Source: a virus
Lineage: Duplodnaviria; Caudoviricetes
Reading direction: 5' to 3' (one strand)
DNA: 48,709 nucleotides
Virus record (IMG/VR): IMGVR_UViG_3300022697_000048
Span: 1-48,709 of that record
A program made the position numbers and the translations under genes. Position 1 is the first letter of the stretch, and every line of letters begins with the position of its first letter. The notes under the pieces are model-generated. The model searched no databases. It saw nothing but the letters and a program-made list of their open reading frames with translations, and was not told the origin of the DNA. Positions 34,696 to 43,848 of this stretch are shown piece after piece.

Positions 34696-35914
34696 CACAA
34701 TTGTAGGCGACACATACGAACTTATAGCCCGGAAAGTATACGGATTTGAGCGTGATGCTAATTTAATTCGTAGCGCTAATCCTGGTGTTATTGAGCCTCT
34801 TGTTGCTGGTGTTCAGCTTATAATTCCAGAACAACAAGACACACCTAGTAATGTCCAACAGAGTACCCGCGCTGCTAACAATAGTGAAGTTGCTATATTA
34901 ATAGATGGTACACGTGTTAGATTTTGGAAGGATCTACGCATAACACGTGCATTGGATGCAATGGATATTGTAGAATTTTCAGCACCGTTTGATTCTAAAA
35001 ATTCAAACTTTCGATCCACATTTAGACCGATGAGCTATCGTGTGGTTACAATCACGATAGGCGGCGTGGTTTTATTTACCGGTAGAATGGTGAGTGTGGT
35101 ACCTGTAGTTGATGATAAAAATAAAAATGTTTCAGTTAGTTGTTACTCACTACCTGGTATATTAAATGATACAGCAATGCCAGCGTCGTCATATCCTGTG
35201 TCATATGATGATTTAAACCTAAAAGAAATAGCAATTAATTTATGTAAACCGTTTGGTATTAGTGTTGAATTTACTGGCCCAATCGGTGCCAAGTTTGAAC
35301 GTGTTGCAATTAAATCTAATGAGACTGTGTTATCGTTTTTAATAGAACTATCAAAGCAACGTAATTTAATCATATCGAGTACACCATCAGGTAAATTATT
35401 ATTTCATCAATCAATAAACGCTGGTGCTAGCATTGAGATATTAAGACAGGGTCAACCACCATTCCAATCAGTTACACCCTTGTTCAGTCCTCAATCATAT
35501 TACTCACATATCACAGGTATAAAACCAACAGCTACAGGCCAAGAGGGTAGCCAGATTACAGTTAAAAACCCATTGCTAGGCGATGTGTTGCGGGTTATGA
35601 CGTTTGATGTTAATGACACACCTGATGGTGCAGTTAAATCAGCGGTCGAGGCAAAAATGGGGCGCATGTTTGGCAATGTTGTGTCGTATAATGTCAGCGT
35701 TCCTACATGGCATACTAAGTCTGGCAACTTATGGGAGCCGAACAAAACAATCATACTCAATGCACCAGATGCAATGATCTACAATGATTATGAATTTGTT
35801 ATTAGGAATGTTAGTTTTACAAATAACGATACATCACTAAGCGCTATTATGAACGTGGTTATCCCTGGTGCATTCGCTGGAAAAATACCGGACTCACTAC
35901 CATGGGACGAATAG
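34688..35914 (+). CDS. Baseplate hub (Mu gp44-like) with N-terminal LysM/gpX-like domain
   Basis: GDTYELIARKVYG...ANPG; W..LRITRALD; LWEPN. Confidence 0.8.
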   Translation: MYNTIVGDTYELIARKVYGFERDANLIRSANPGVIEPLVAGVQLIIPEQQDTPSNVQQSTRAANNSEVAILIDGTRVRFWKDLRITRALDAMDIVEFSAPFDSKNSNFRSTFRPMSYRVVTITIGGVVLFTGRMVSVVPVVDDKNKNVSVSCYSLPGILNDTAMPASSYPVSYDDLNLKEIAINLCKPFGISVEFTGPIGAKFERVAIKSNETVLSFLIELSKQRNLIISSTPSGKLLFHQSINAGASIEILRQGQPPFQSVTPLFSPQSYYSHITGIKPTATGQEGSQITVKNPLLGDVLRVMTFDVNDTPDGAVKSAVEAKMGRMFGNVVSYNVSVPTWHTKSGNLWEPNKTIILNAPDAMIYNDYEFVIRNVSFTNNDTSLSAIMNVVIPGAFAGKIPDSLPWDE

Positions 35915-36498
35915 TTATAGTTAGAGATTTCGCTAGGGCGATACATGAACAAGGGTCTAATGTATCTGATGTTATCGTTGATGGTGGTGGTGGTGAAAAC
36001 ATAACAGCAGAACATTACGCCGATGCTGGCGATGATTCATACCCATTAAAAACTGATTACGCCATTACTGTGAATACAAAACGTAAAGGTGGCGAATCTA
36101 TTGTAGGGTATGCTGATGTTATTAATATACCTAAAGCACAAAGCGGTGATAAACGTATTTACGCACGTGACAGCAACGGTGATGCAATAGTTGATGTATG
36201 GCTTAAGGCTGATGGTAGTGCTAATATTGCAAACGATAATGGGTCAATAACCCTACAACCTGATGGTAGCATTAGTGTTATAAATTCTAGTGGGTCAATA
36301 ACCCTACAGGCTGGTGGTGATGTTAATATCAATGGTGTTGTGATTGACACCGCTGGTAATATTACGTCACCTTCCACCATAACTGGTGATACTGTAGTTG
36401 CCAGCTCATCATTAACGGCGGATGGTAAGGAAATGGTTGATCATATTCACACAGGTGGGATAATTATGCCGGGTAATGTAACAGGACCAAACCAATGA
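35902..36498 (+). CDS. Baseplate spike (Mu gp45-like)
   Basis: GD..IYAR, beta-helix repeats, C-terminal HIH iron-binding motif. Confidence 0.85.
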   Translation: MGRIVIVRDFARAIHEQGSNVSDVIVDGGGGENITAEHYADAGDDSYPLKTDYAITVNTKRKGGESIVGYADVINIPKAQSGDKRIYARDSNGDAIVDVWLKADGSANIANDNGSITLQPDGSISVINSSGSITLQAGGDVNINGVVIDTAGNITSPSTITGDTVVASSSLTADGKEMVDHIHTGGIIMPGNVTGPNQ

Positions 36499-37670
36499 AT
36501 GATAGCGGTGACGTAATAATAGCCCAAACACCTGATGGTGGTGACATTACTATTGCTGATGGTATTATTGCCATGTCAGGCGGCTTAGAAAGCACCGCGT
36601 ATTTGGCGCTATTTGGTGGTAACTTTGAGGATAATGGCAGGAACAACAACCCATCGTCATGGTGGGGCAACCGTGGTGAAATAGCTGATCGACAGATACG
36701 CAGTAGAACACAAAATTTGCTACGTTCAATACCTGCAACGTCTGGTAACTTGTTATTAATTAAACAAGCGGTGTTATTAGATTTAGCTTTTTTTATAAGT
36801 TTAAAAATTGCGTCATCACTTACTGTAGCAGTAACAATACCAGCATTAAACAATATCAATATCAAAGTAGATATTATTGCTGAAGGTGTTGAGTCGTCGT
36901 TCAACTTTACAGAAAATTGGAAGTCTACTACATCACAACAGTTCATTGTCAATAATCAAAGTGGTATTGTTTCTGAACCACTTGTGTTGAGTTATAGTGA
37001 GCAAACATTAGCCGACCCATCATTAGTTGCATATTGGCGGTTTGGCGAGGCGTCTGGTACTGTAGCAGTTGACGAGTTGGGGAACACTGATGGTGTTTAT
37101 GTTGGTGGTCCCACATTAGGTGTTCCAGGTTTAATAACAGGCGATACTGATACCGCTGTTAACTTTCTCAATAACACACAATGGATGGTAGCTAGTGGTC
37201 CGGCGCTAGCAATAGCTACCGAATACACACTTGAGGCATGGGTGACCTTCACCACAATTAACCCATTTGGCCCAACAGATAACCAACAAACGATATTCGT
37301 TAAACGTTCGAATGGTATTGCTAGCACTACCGAGTTTGTGCTAGATGTTGCATTCGGTGGAGTGTTTAGGTTATTAGGTGCAAATGGTGCGGTTAACTCC
37401 ACAACTCAATTAGTAGCAGGCGTTAAGTATTATGTTGTAGGTACACGTATCAATGATATTGGTAGTATTTATATCAATGGTGTGCTTGATATCAGCGGAC
37501 CATTACCCGCACCATTCGCGAGTACTCAACCTGTAGGGGTTGGGGTTGCTTCTGATTTTGGAACACCGCTAGCATCGGTATTGGGTGTGCTTGATGACCC
37601 CGCGTTATACAACGCGGCATTTAGTGCGCAAAAGGTTTCTAATAGATACGCTAAAGGAATGAATTTATGA
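36495..37670 (+). CDS. Baseplate protein (Mu gp46-like) fused to a LamG/ConA-like domain
   Basis: LES..YLALFGG...WWGN...SRT; then LVAYWRFGE...TLEAWV...IYINGVL...LDDPALYN. Confidence 0.8.
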   Translation: MNDSGDVIIAQTPDGGDITIADGIIAMSGGLESTAYLALFGGNFEDNGRNNNPSSWWGNRGEIADRQIRSRTQNLLRSIPATSGNLLLIKQAVLLDLAFFISLKIASSLTVAVTIPALNNINIKVDIIAEGVESSFNFTENWKSTTSQQFIVNNQSGIVSEPLVLSYSEQTLADPSLVAYWRFGEASGTVAVDELGNTDGVYVGGPTLGVPGLITGDTDTAVNFLNNTQWMVASGPALAIATEYTLEAWVTFTTINPFGPTDNQQTIFVKRSNGIASTTEFVLDVAFGGVFRLLGANGAVNSTTQLVAGVKYYVVGTRINDIGSIYINGVLDISGPLPAPFASTQPVGVGVASDFGTPLASVLGVLDDPALYNAAFSAQKVSNRYAKGMNL

Positions 37671-39889
37671 TACCAACAAGTAGAGCAATAGCTATTGCAT
37701 TACGTCAAGCGGGCGCAAGTTCCAATCCCAACAGTAATGGTGTTGTATCTAATGATGTTGTTAGTACACCTACATCACCTGATTATGCAACAACTGTATT
37801 AGCGGAACCCGGCTTAGTTGCATATTGGCGGTTAGGTGACAACCCTGGTCCTATCTTTACCGATTCTATAGGGTCACTTGACCTAACAGCACAGGGATTG
37901 TTTACGCCCAATTCACCTGATTTAATCTTATCAGGTGGTGATGGTGCGCTAGCGCTCGCGGGCGCTAATGATATTGATGCGTTGGCAGGTGCCAATAACC
38001 CATCTGTTTTAAATATTCAATTTACATTAACAGTTGAGGCATGGTTCACATACAATGGTGGGCCTGGTGTAATTTTAGGTTATGTTTCCAGCGCTGGCTC
38101 AGAGGGTGCAGGGTACATGCTTGCTATTAGTGCGGCGGGAAATTTCCGGTTTTACACTGGGTTTGCTGGATCTAACTTTACACTATTAAACAATGGGTTT
38201 TTAGAAACACCATCACCATTGGTACCGGGTACAACATATCATGCTGTATGTACCTATGAGAACCCTGGCAATAGAGTTATGGTTTTGAACGATGTAGTTA
38301 TAGCCATGGATGCTACAACACAACCTCTTGATTACAGCATCCATGGCGGCCAACAGCGCATTATACAAATAGGTCAAACAAGTGTAAATTTTTCACCGTT
38401 CGGCGCATTCAACGGAACTGTTGATGAAGCTGCTATTTATAACGAAATATTACCAAACACACAACGCTCGTTACATTATCAAATAGGTAGTAATAACCCT
38501 AATATTAATAATGTGTATGATGATTTAATAATGGGACGGCCTGACTTAGCTGGGTATTGGAAACTATCAGAAACTAGCGGTACCGTTGCAGTTGATGAGA
38601 CTGGAAATAATGATGGTGTATATGTCGGTAGCTACACCCAAGGCGTACCCGGCTTAGTTGTGAATTCAAGTGAAAGCGCGGTAGACTTTACAGGGGGTTA
38701 TATAAATGTTTCCGCTACACCGTTAGGTAGTGATGATCCTGATTATTTTGGTATAAGTATGGTGGTTACGATCCATCCAGGTGGCATAACTAACGGTGTT
38801 AGTTTGGTTACTCAAGCGAATGGATCGACACAAACGAATGCTTCATTGACTGTAGCTGCTGGTGGTATATTGTCATTTAATAAGTTTCCACCAAGCAATG
38901 CACAATTGAGCGGACCAACACTAGCCGCTGATACTAAATATCACATTGGCTATATTGAAACGGCAACACTACGCACATTGTTTTTGAATGGTGAAATTAT
39001 TGCACAAGACAATCTAAGTGAGGTTTATACAGGTGGTACTAACACCAGTTTTCGAATTGGCTCGTCGGCTGTGAGTCCTACGCGATTATCCAATTGTGTA
39101 ATACACAAGGTTGCTGTATTTTTTGGATCAACTAATCAAACCGCGCATTTAGATATGGCACAACAATATAAAGCATCATTATCAACATCAGGTGCTAATG
39201 ATGCTTATCAAAATACTGTATTAAGCACAGCTTTTGCTAATAACTATTGGCGGGCAAATGAAACGAGTGGTAACGTTTTAGTTGATGTGATTGACTTAGG
39301 TGGATTGGGTACTGATATCACACTCAGTGGAGGGTTCACAATAGATCAACCCGGTTTAATTAGTGACCCTAATTCGCGCTCGGTTGAATTAATAAATGGT
39401 GTTACTGAAATACCTGTTGCGCCGATGGGAGCGGGCGACATTCAAAACTTCGCGCTTGAGGCATGGATACGCATTAACCCTGCTGGTATCGGAATCATTA
39501 ATAATATTTTCCATCAGGCGACTGCTAGTGGTGTTGAGTTCAATACATTATTACGCGTTAATGATGATGATACTGTACAATTTGATAAGTTCCCCCCAAG
39601 TGGTAACGCGTTACAAAGTGCTGCTACTGTGTTACCTGATACGAACTATCATGTATTTTATAGAGAACAAGCGAGTACCCGTTTTCTATATCTAAATGGG
39701 GTGATAATAGCACAGGATTCGAGTTCTGAAACATATGGAGGTTCAGCCAATACTCGTATGTCGTTTGGTGGTATTGCTGGAAGTGCCGCGCCACTGTCAT
39801 CTAATATGCGAATAGCAGAGATAGCACATCATGGTGGGCCGGTATCACCATTCGCTGCCATTAACCATTACATAATGGGGATCGCTTAA
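37667..39889 (+). CDS. Three-LamG-domain putative receptor-binding/adhesion protein
   Basis: Three repeats starting VAYWRLGD, AGYWKLSE and NNYWRANE; TVEAW/LEAW, LNG and DEAAIY motifs. Confidence 0.8.
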   Translation: MIPTSRAIAIALRQAGASSNPNSNGVVSNDVVSTPTSPDYATTVLAEPGLVAYWRLGDNPGPIFTDSIGSLDLTAQGLFTPNSPDLILSGGDGALALAGANDIDALAGANNPSVLNIQFTLTVEAWFTYNGGPGVILGYVSSAGSEGAGYMLAISAAGNFRFYTGFAGSNFTLLNNGFLETPSPLVPGTTYHAVCTYENPGNRVMVLNDVVIAMDATTQPLDYSIHGGQQRIIQIGQTSVNFSPFGAFNGTVDEAAIYNEILPNTQRSLHYQIGSNNPNINNVYDDLIMGRPDLAGYWKLSETSGTVAVDETGNNDGVYVGSYTQGVPGLVVNSSESAVDFTGGYINVSATPLGSDDPDYFGISMVVTIHPGGITNGVSLVTQANGSTQTNASLTVAAGGILSFNKFPPSNAQLSGPTLAADTKYHIGYIETATLRTLFLNGEIIAQDNLSEVYTGGTNTSFRIGSSAVSPTRLSNCVIHKVAVFFGSTNQTAHLDMAQQYKASLSTSGANDAYQNTVLSTAFANNYWRANETSGNVLVDVIDLGGLGTDITLSGGFTIDQPGLISDPNSRSVELINGVTEIPVAPMGAGDIQNFALEAWIRINPAGIGIINNIFHQATASGVEFNTLLRVNDDDTVQFDKFPPSGNALQSAATVLPDTNYHVFYREQASTRFLYLNGVIIAQDSSSETYGGSANTRMSFGGIAGSAAPLSSNMRIAEIAHHGGPVSPFAAINHYIMGIA

Positions 39890-39890
39890 C

Positions 39891-41084
39891 ATGAGCTTAC
39901 AAACACCGAAAACGATAGAGACTAGCAACAACATTGTTGCACAACTCGAAGCGTCACTTAATCAAAATATACCTTTGTTACCAATATCATTTTCGCGTGT
40001 GTTGGCAAAAGTATTGGCCGGTTTATTTATTTTATTGTACAAATATGGTGGGTTTATTTTCCTACAATTATTTGTGGAGTCGGCAACCATTAAAGAGACA
40101 ATTATTAACGGTAGATCAATTAGTCCACTAAAGGCAATAGGTAGGTTAATTGGTGCGCCAGATCCAGGGTTGGCGGGCTTTGCTGAGTACATAATTGATA
40201 TTACAGTTACTAACCAAACAGGTTCACTTCCATCCGGTACACAGCTTGTGAATAGCAACAATGGTGTTACATACCTGACTATAGGTGCCATTCTATTAAA
40301 CGCACCTATAGTACAAGCAACCATTCGTGCAGCAAGTGATCAAACAGGGGGTAATGGTTCGGGTACTGTTGGTAACCTTAATGCTGCAGATGTTGTGTCG
40401 TTTGCTGAAAGTCTTGGTAACGTGTCGCGTGATGCTGTAGTTGCCACAGAGTTAGTTACAGGGACCAACGCCGAAGAAACAGAAGTCTACCGCACACGTG
40501 TTAGTAATTTACTAAAAAAACGCCCACAAGGTGGGGCATATGCAGACTACGAAACATGGAGCCTTGAGGTAAATGGGATTATCAACGCATTCCCATATAC
40601 AGGTAATAACCCTGGCCAAGTTGATGTCTATATTGAAAGCTTTGATAATGTGGATGGTATACCGACGCCCGCACAACTTCAGGCAGTGTTAGACAATATT
40701 AACACCTCTATAACAGGTATCGCCCGTAATCGTCCCGCTCTTGCGCTTGTGAACACAATAGCTATTACGCGGCAAGCTTTTGATGTGACTGTCAGTGGGT
40801 TAAATGTTGATAATCTTGCTGATGTACAAGCACAGATTCAAACCGCCGTTACTGAATATTTTCTAGCTGCTTACCCATTTGTGGACGGGCTAACAGTCCC
40901 CCCGCGTTCGGATAATATAACCCGTTCGGCAATTATCGGCATTGTTAATGATATTGTAACTGCCTCCAATGGTACTTTTTTAACCGCTACATTCGTGTTA
41001 ACATCAGGCGGATTAGACCTTGAATCATATATTTTACAGCAAGGGGAAGAATCAAAACTAGGTAACCCAGTGGTGTTTGTATAA
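39891..41084 (+). CDS. Baseplate J-like wedge protein (Mu gp47-like)
   Basis: G..GNL, E..E.YR.RV...PQGGAYADY..W, PGQVDVY. Confidence 0.9.
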   Translation: MSLQTPKTIETSNNIVAQLEASLNQNIPLLPISFSRVLAKVLAGLFILLYKYGGFIFLQLFVESATIKETIINGRSISPLKAIGRLIGAPDPGLAGFAEYIIDITVTNQTGSLPSGTQLVNSNNGVTYLTIGAILLNAPIVQATIRAASDQTGGNGSGTVGNLNAADVVSFAESLGNVSRDAVVATELVTGTNAEETEVYRTRVSNLLKKRPQGGAYADYETWSLEVNGIINAFPYTGNNPGQVDVYIESFDNVDGIPTPAQLQAVLDNINTSITGIARNRPALALVNTIAITRQAFDVTVSGLNVDNLADVQAQIQTAVTEYFLAAYPFVDGLTVPPRSDNITRSAIIGIVNDIVTASNGTFLTATFVLTSGGLDLESYILQQGEESKLGNPVVFV

Positions 41085-41905
41085 TGTTTTTTCGAATATT
41101 TCAACATCTATTGCCGCGCTCAACTGCATGGGCATTGACTACTGTTAAGCCATTACGTGATTTTTTCATGGGGTTGGCTGCTAGTCTCGGTGATGTGTTT
41201 AAGTTATTTTTTGATCAAGTCTATGAGGATTTATTCCCACAAACCACACGCCAACTGGCCGCATACGAAAAACAATTCGGGTTACGCACTGCGGTATTAA
41301 CTGAACAAGAACGTAGAGATAGGTTGGCGGCGGCGTGGCGCGCCCAAGGTGGACAAAGTCCAGGTTATATACAAGACACGCTACAAGCGGCCGGGTTTGA
41401 TGTGTATCTGCATGAGTGGTGGGTGCCTGGTAGTGAACCGCCATTAGGGGTGGTAGCGGCTGCTACAGCACGTAACCCGTTCGCATATTTAACGGATGGC
41501 GCACAAGAGTTAACATATTTAAGTGCTGATGGTGTGCCTACCATGCAGGATGGTAACCCAGACGCACAAGATGGGCGAACCATCGAGCCTACAGGTTACC
41601 CATTAGTTAATAATTTATTAGTGTTTTCCCCGTTATTCATTGGTGATGGCTCACCAGACATGCAAGATGGTAACCCCGCGTCACAGGATGGTGGTGATGG
41701 TAGCGGTGGTGGTGGTAATTACAACCTTAAAAAATATATAATGCCAGCCGATACCAACACATACCCGTTTTATTTATACATCGGTGGGGCAACCTTTCCG
41801 TCACACGTGAATATACCATCATCACGGCGTAGTGAATTCGAAACATTATGCTTGAAAATATGCCCAACCCATGTGTGGTTAGGTATGCTCATCGACTACT
41901 CATAA
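41084..41905 (+). CDS. Baseplate protein (Mu gp48 / DUF2313-like)
   Basis: LLPR..AW, YEKQFGL, GGQSPGYI, KICPTH. Confidence 0.8.
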   Translation: MFFRIFQHLLPRSTAWALTTVKPLRDFFMGLAASLGDVFKLFFDQVYEDLFPQTTRQLAAYEKQFGLRTAVLTEQERRDRLAAAWRAQGGQSPGYIQDTLQAAGFDVYLHEWWVPGSEPPLGVVAAATARNPFAYLTDGAQELTYLSADGVPTMQDGNPDAQDGRTIEPTGYPLVNNLLVFSPLFIGDGSPDMQDGNPASQDGGDGSGGGGNYNLKKYIMPADTNTYPFYLYIGGATFPSHVNIPSSRRSEFETLCLKICPTHVWLGMLIDYS

Positions 41906-41918
41906 AGGAGTTTACAAA

Positions 41919-42908
41919 ATGGCTATTAATCCTGCTACACAATACCCCGGCCGTACGTCGGTTCCTGATGCTAATTATCCTTATGGTGGATCACAGAATG
42001 AAACGGTACCAGGCACCTCTGATGATGGTACACCGGGTGAAATAGCACGCTCTAACGACGTGTTCGGAATGCAACAAGGTTTATTAGCACTTGCTGGCAT
42101 TGTGCCAAGTGGTAACGCTGAAACTGCTGTGCTATCTGAGTACATCCAAGCGATGGTAGAACTAGCCATGGGGCGCGCTACCAACTATGACGACACCGGT
42201 GTAGCTGATGCTTATGTATTAGAGGCGCAAGCAAACCAGCAAATTCCACGTAGTTTATTTGATGGGCAAGAGTTTAATTTTTATCCAGCGAATGACAACA
42301 CAGGTCCGGCCACTATTGACCCTGTTGGACTTGGTCCTGTAACAGTAGCATTACCCAATGGATCACCATTGTTATATGGTGGGGAGCTAGAAACAACTCG
42401 TAAGGCAAATGTGGTATACAATGCCCTTACAGGTAGATTTGTTCTAGCACTACAGCAAAACATTCACAGGGGTGCGCTAGCGTATCTAACAGCTAACCAA
42501 TCTATACCAACTAATTCAAGTCAACCAATTAATTTTGCGGCCAACACATACAACACTGATGATATCCATGATGACGCTGTTAATAACTCCCGGTTAGTCG
42601 TACCTGATGGTGTATCCCGTATCAAGTTAACTGGTCAAGTATTGTTTAACGCAAGTAGTGTGGGTGCTCGCCGTATTGATATGCCGAAAAATGGATTTTT
42701 TGCTAACTCGTATTTCGGTGAACCTGCTAGTGTAGATGGTGCCGCTAGCAGCGGGCAAATGAGTATGAATATCAGTTCACCTATTTTACAGGTGGTTGGT
42801 GGTGATTACTTTCAATTAGTAGCGTTCCAAAGTTCAGGCGGTGCATTGGATGTGGTAACTAATGCTAGTAGTTCGTCAACATGGTTCTCAATGGAAATTA
42901 TAATATGA
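41919..42908 (+). CDS. Tail fibre protein with probable C1q-like C-terminal head
   Basis: N-terminal YPYG...DGTP...AGIVPSG anchor; ANDNTGPATI module; A.LTANQSIP...SRL.VP C-terminus. Confidence 0.75.
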   Translation: MAINPATQYPGRTSVPDANYPYGGSQNETVPGTSDDGTPGEIARSNDVFGMQQGLLALAGIVPSGNAETAVLSEYIQAMVELAMGRATNYDDTGVADAYVLEAQANQQIPRSLFDGQEFNFYPANDNTGPATIDPVGLGPVTVALPNGSPLLYGGELETTRKANVVYNALTGRFVLALQQNIHRGALAYLTANQSIPTNSSQPINFAANTYNTDDIHDDAVNNSRLVVPDGVSRIKLTGQVLFNASSVGARRIDMPKNGFFANSYFGEPASVDGAASSGQMSMNISSPILQVVGGDYFQLVAFQSSGGALDVVTNASSSSTWFSMEIII

Positions 42909-43441
42909 ATGTTCGCAATGATGTTGTCAATGAGATCATAGCTGTTGAGGCTGGATACGTTAATGACCCTCTTGATTCAGGTGGCGAAACTAACTACGGT
43001 ATTACTGTTGCCGTAGCTCGTAACTTTGGATATGACGGTGACATGCGGGCAATGCCTGTTAGTATTGCCAAAGATATTTATATTCACAAGTATTGGGATG
43101 CCGTCAATGGCGATGAGTTGGCACGTGTGTGTGAAGCGGTAGCACGTGAGATTGTGGATACAGGTGTGAATATCGGACCACGCAAGGCGGGTGTGATATT
43201 ACAACGGTCACTTAATAATATGAATGATCGTCAGAATCATTATGCTGATATTCATGTTGACGGAAACATAGGACCGTTGACCATCAGTGCATTAACATCA
43301 CTTATTGACTTACGCGGTAGTGTTATTTTCGTTAGGGTGTTAAATTGTCTACAAGGTTATTACTATTTCGAACTTGCTGAGAGACGTGAAAAAGATGAAC
43401 GTTTTTTATACGGATGGTTTAACAAGAGGGTTAAATTTTGA
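42905..43441 (+). CDS. Endolysin, glycoside hydrolase family 108 with C-terminal peptidoglycan-binding domain
   Basis: E.GYVNDP.DSGGETNYGIT, YW, D.GVN.G, DG.IGP.T, FLYGWF..R. Confidence 0.92.
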   Translation: MNVRNDVVNEIIAVEAGYVNDPLDSGGETNYGITVAVARNFGYDGDMRAMPVSIAKDIYIHKYWDAVNGDELARVCEAVAREIVDTGVNIGPRKAGVILQRSLNNMNDRQNHYADIHVDGNIGPLTISALTSLIDLRGSVIFVRVLNCLQGYYYFELAERREKDERFLYGWFNKRVKF

Positions 43442-43602
43442 ATATCGCATGTAATGGTTTAGTAGCTGGTTGCACATTTTTTGCATGGTTCATTGATTCA
43501 TTACCATTAATTGCCGCTGGATTATCAGCGGCATGGTTTTTGATTCAGATAACTCATTTTTTTTATAAAATCCTACGCCGCCGTAAGAATCGGAAACTCT
43601 AA
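43438..43602 (+). CDS. Probable holin (54 aa; not in ORF track)
   Basis: AAGAGGG RBS; TTG overlaps the endolysin stop; hydrophobic segments then basic tail ILRRRKNRKL. Confidence 0.7.
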   Translation: MNIACNGLVAGCTFFAWFIDSLPLIAAGLSAAWFLIQITHFFYKILRRRKNRKL

Positions 43603-43848
43603 GTTATGGATGTATGACCACACGGAGGGTGGAAATATTTTTGCAGATTGATATTCATCATCTGATTTAAAATATTGTCTTTGATGCCGTTGTGATGCCC
43701 ATGTTCTATTGTTAATTTCGATACCTACACTACCGTCTAAAAAATTGATTATCCGTGCGCCAGGGTAGCTTGTAATAAGCTGTTGTATAACTTGCGGTGC
43801 TGCTTTGGTTGGGTCAATTAAATTAACTACATTGTTCATACTTTTCAC
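43573..43848 (-). CDS. Hypothetical protein
   Basis: GTGA coupling to the polymerase stop. Confidence 0.6.
   Translation of the reverse strand: MKSMNNVVNLIDPTKAAPQVIQQLITSYPGARIINFLDGSVGIEINNRTWASQRHQRQYFKSDDEYQSAKIFPPSVWSYIHNLEFPILTAA

Noticed and set aside
36495-42908. Diversity-generating retroelement or fibre-inversion system
   Set aside because: No reverse transcriptase, no adenine-specific TR/VR pair and no invertase seen; LamG similarities are protein-level duplications
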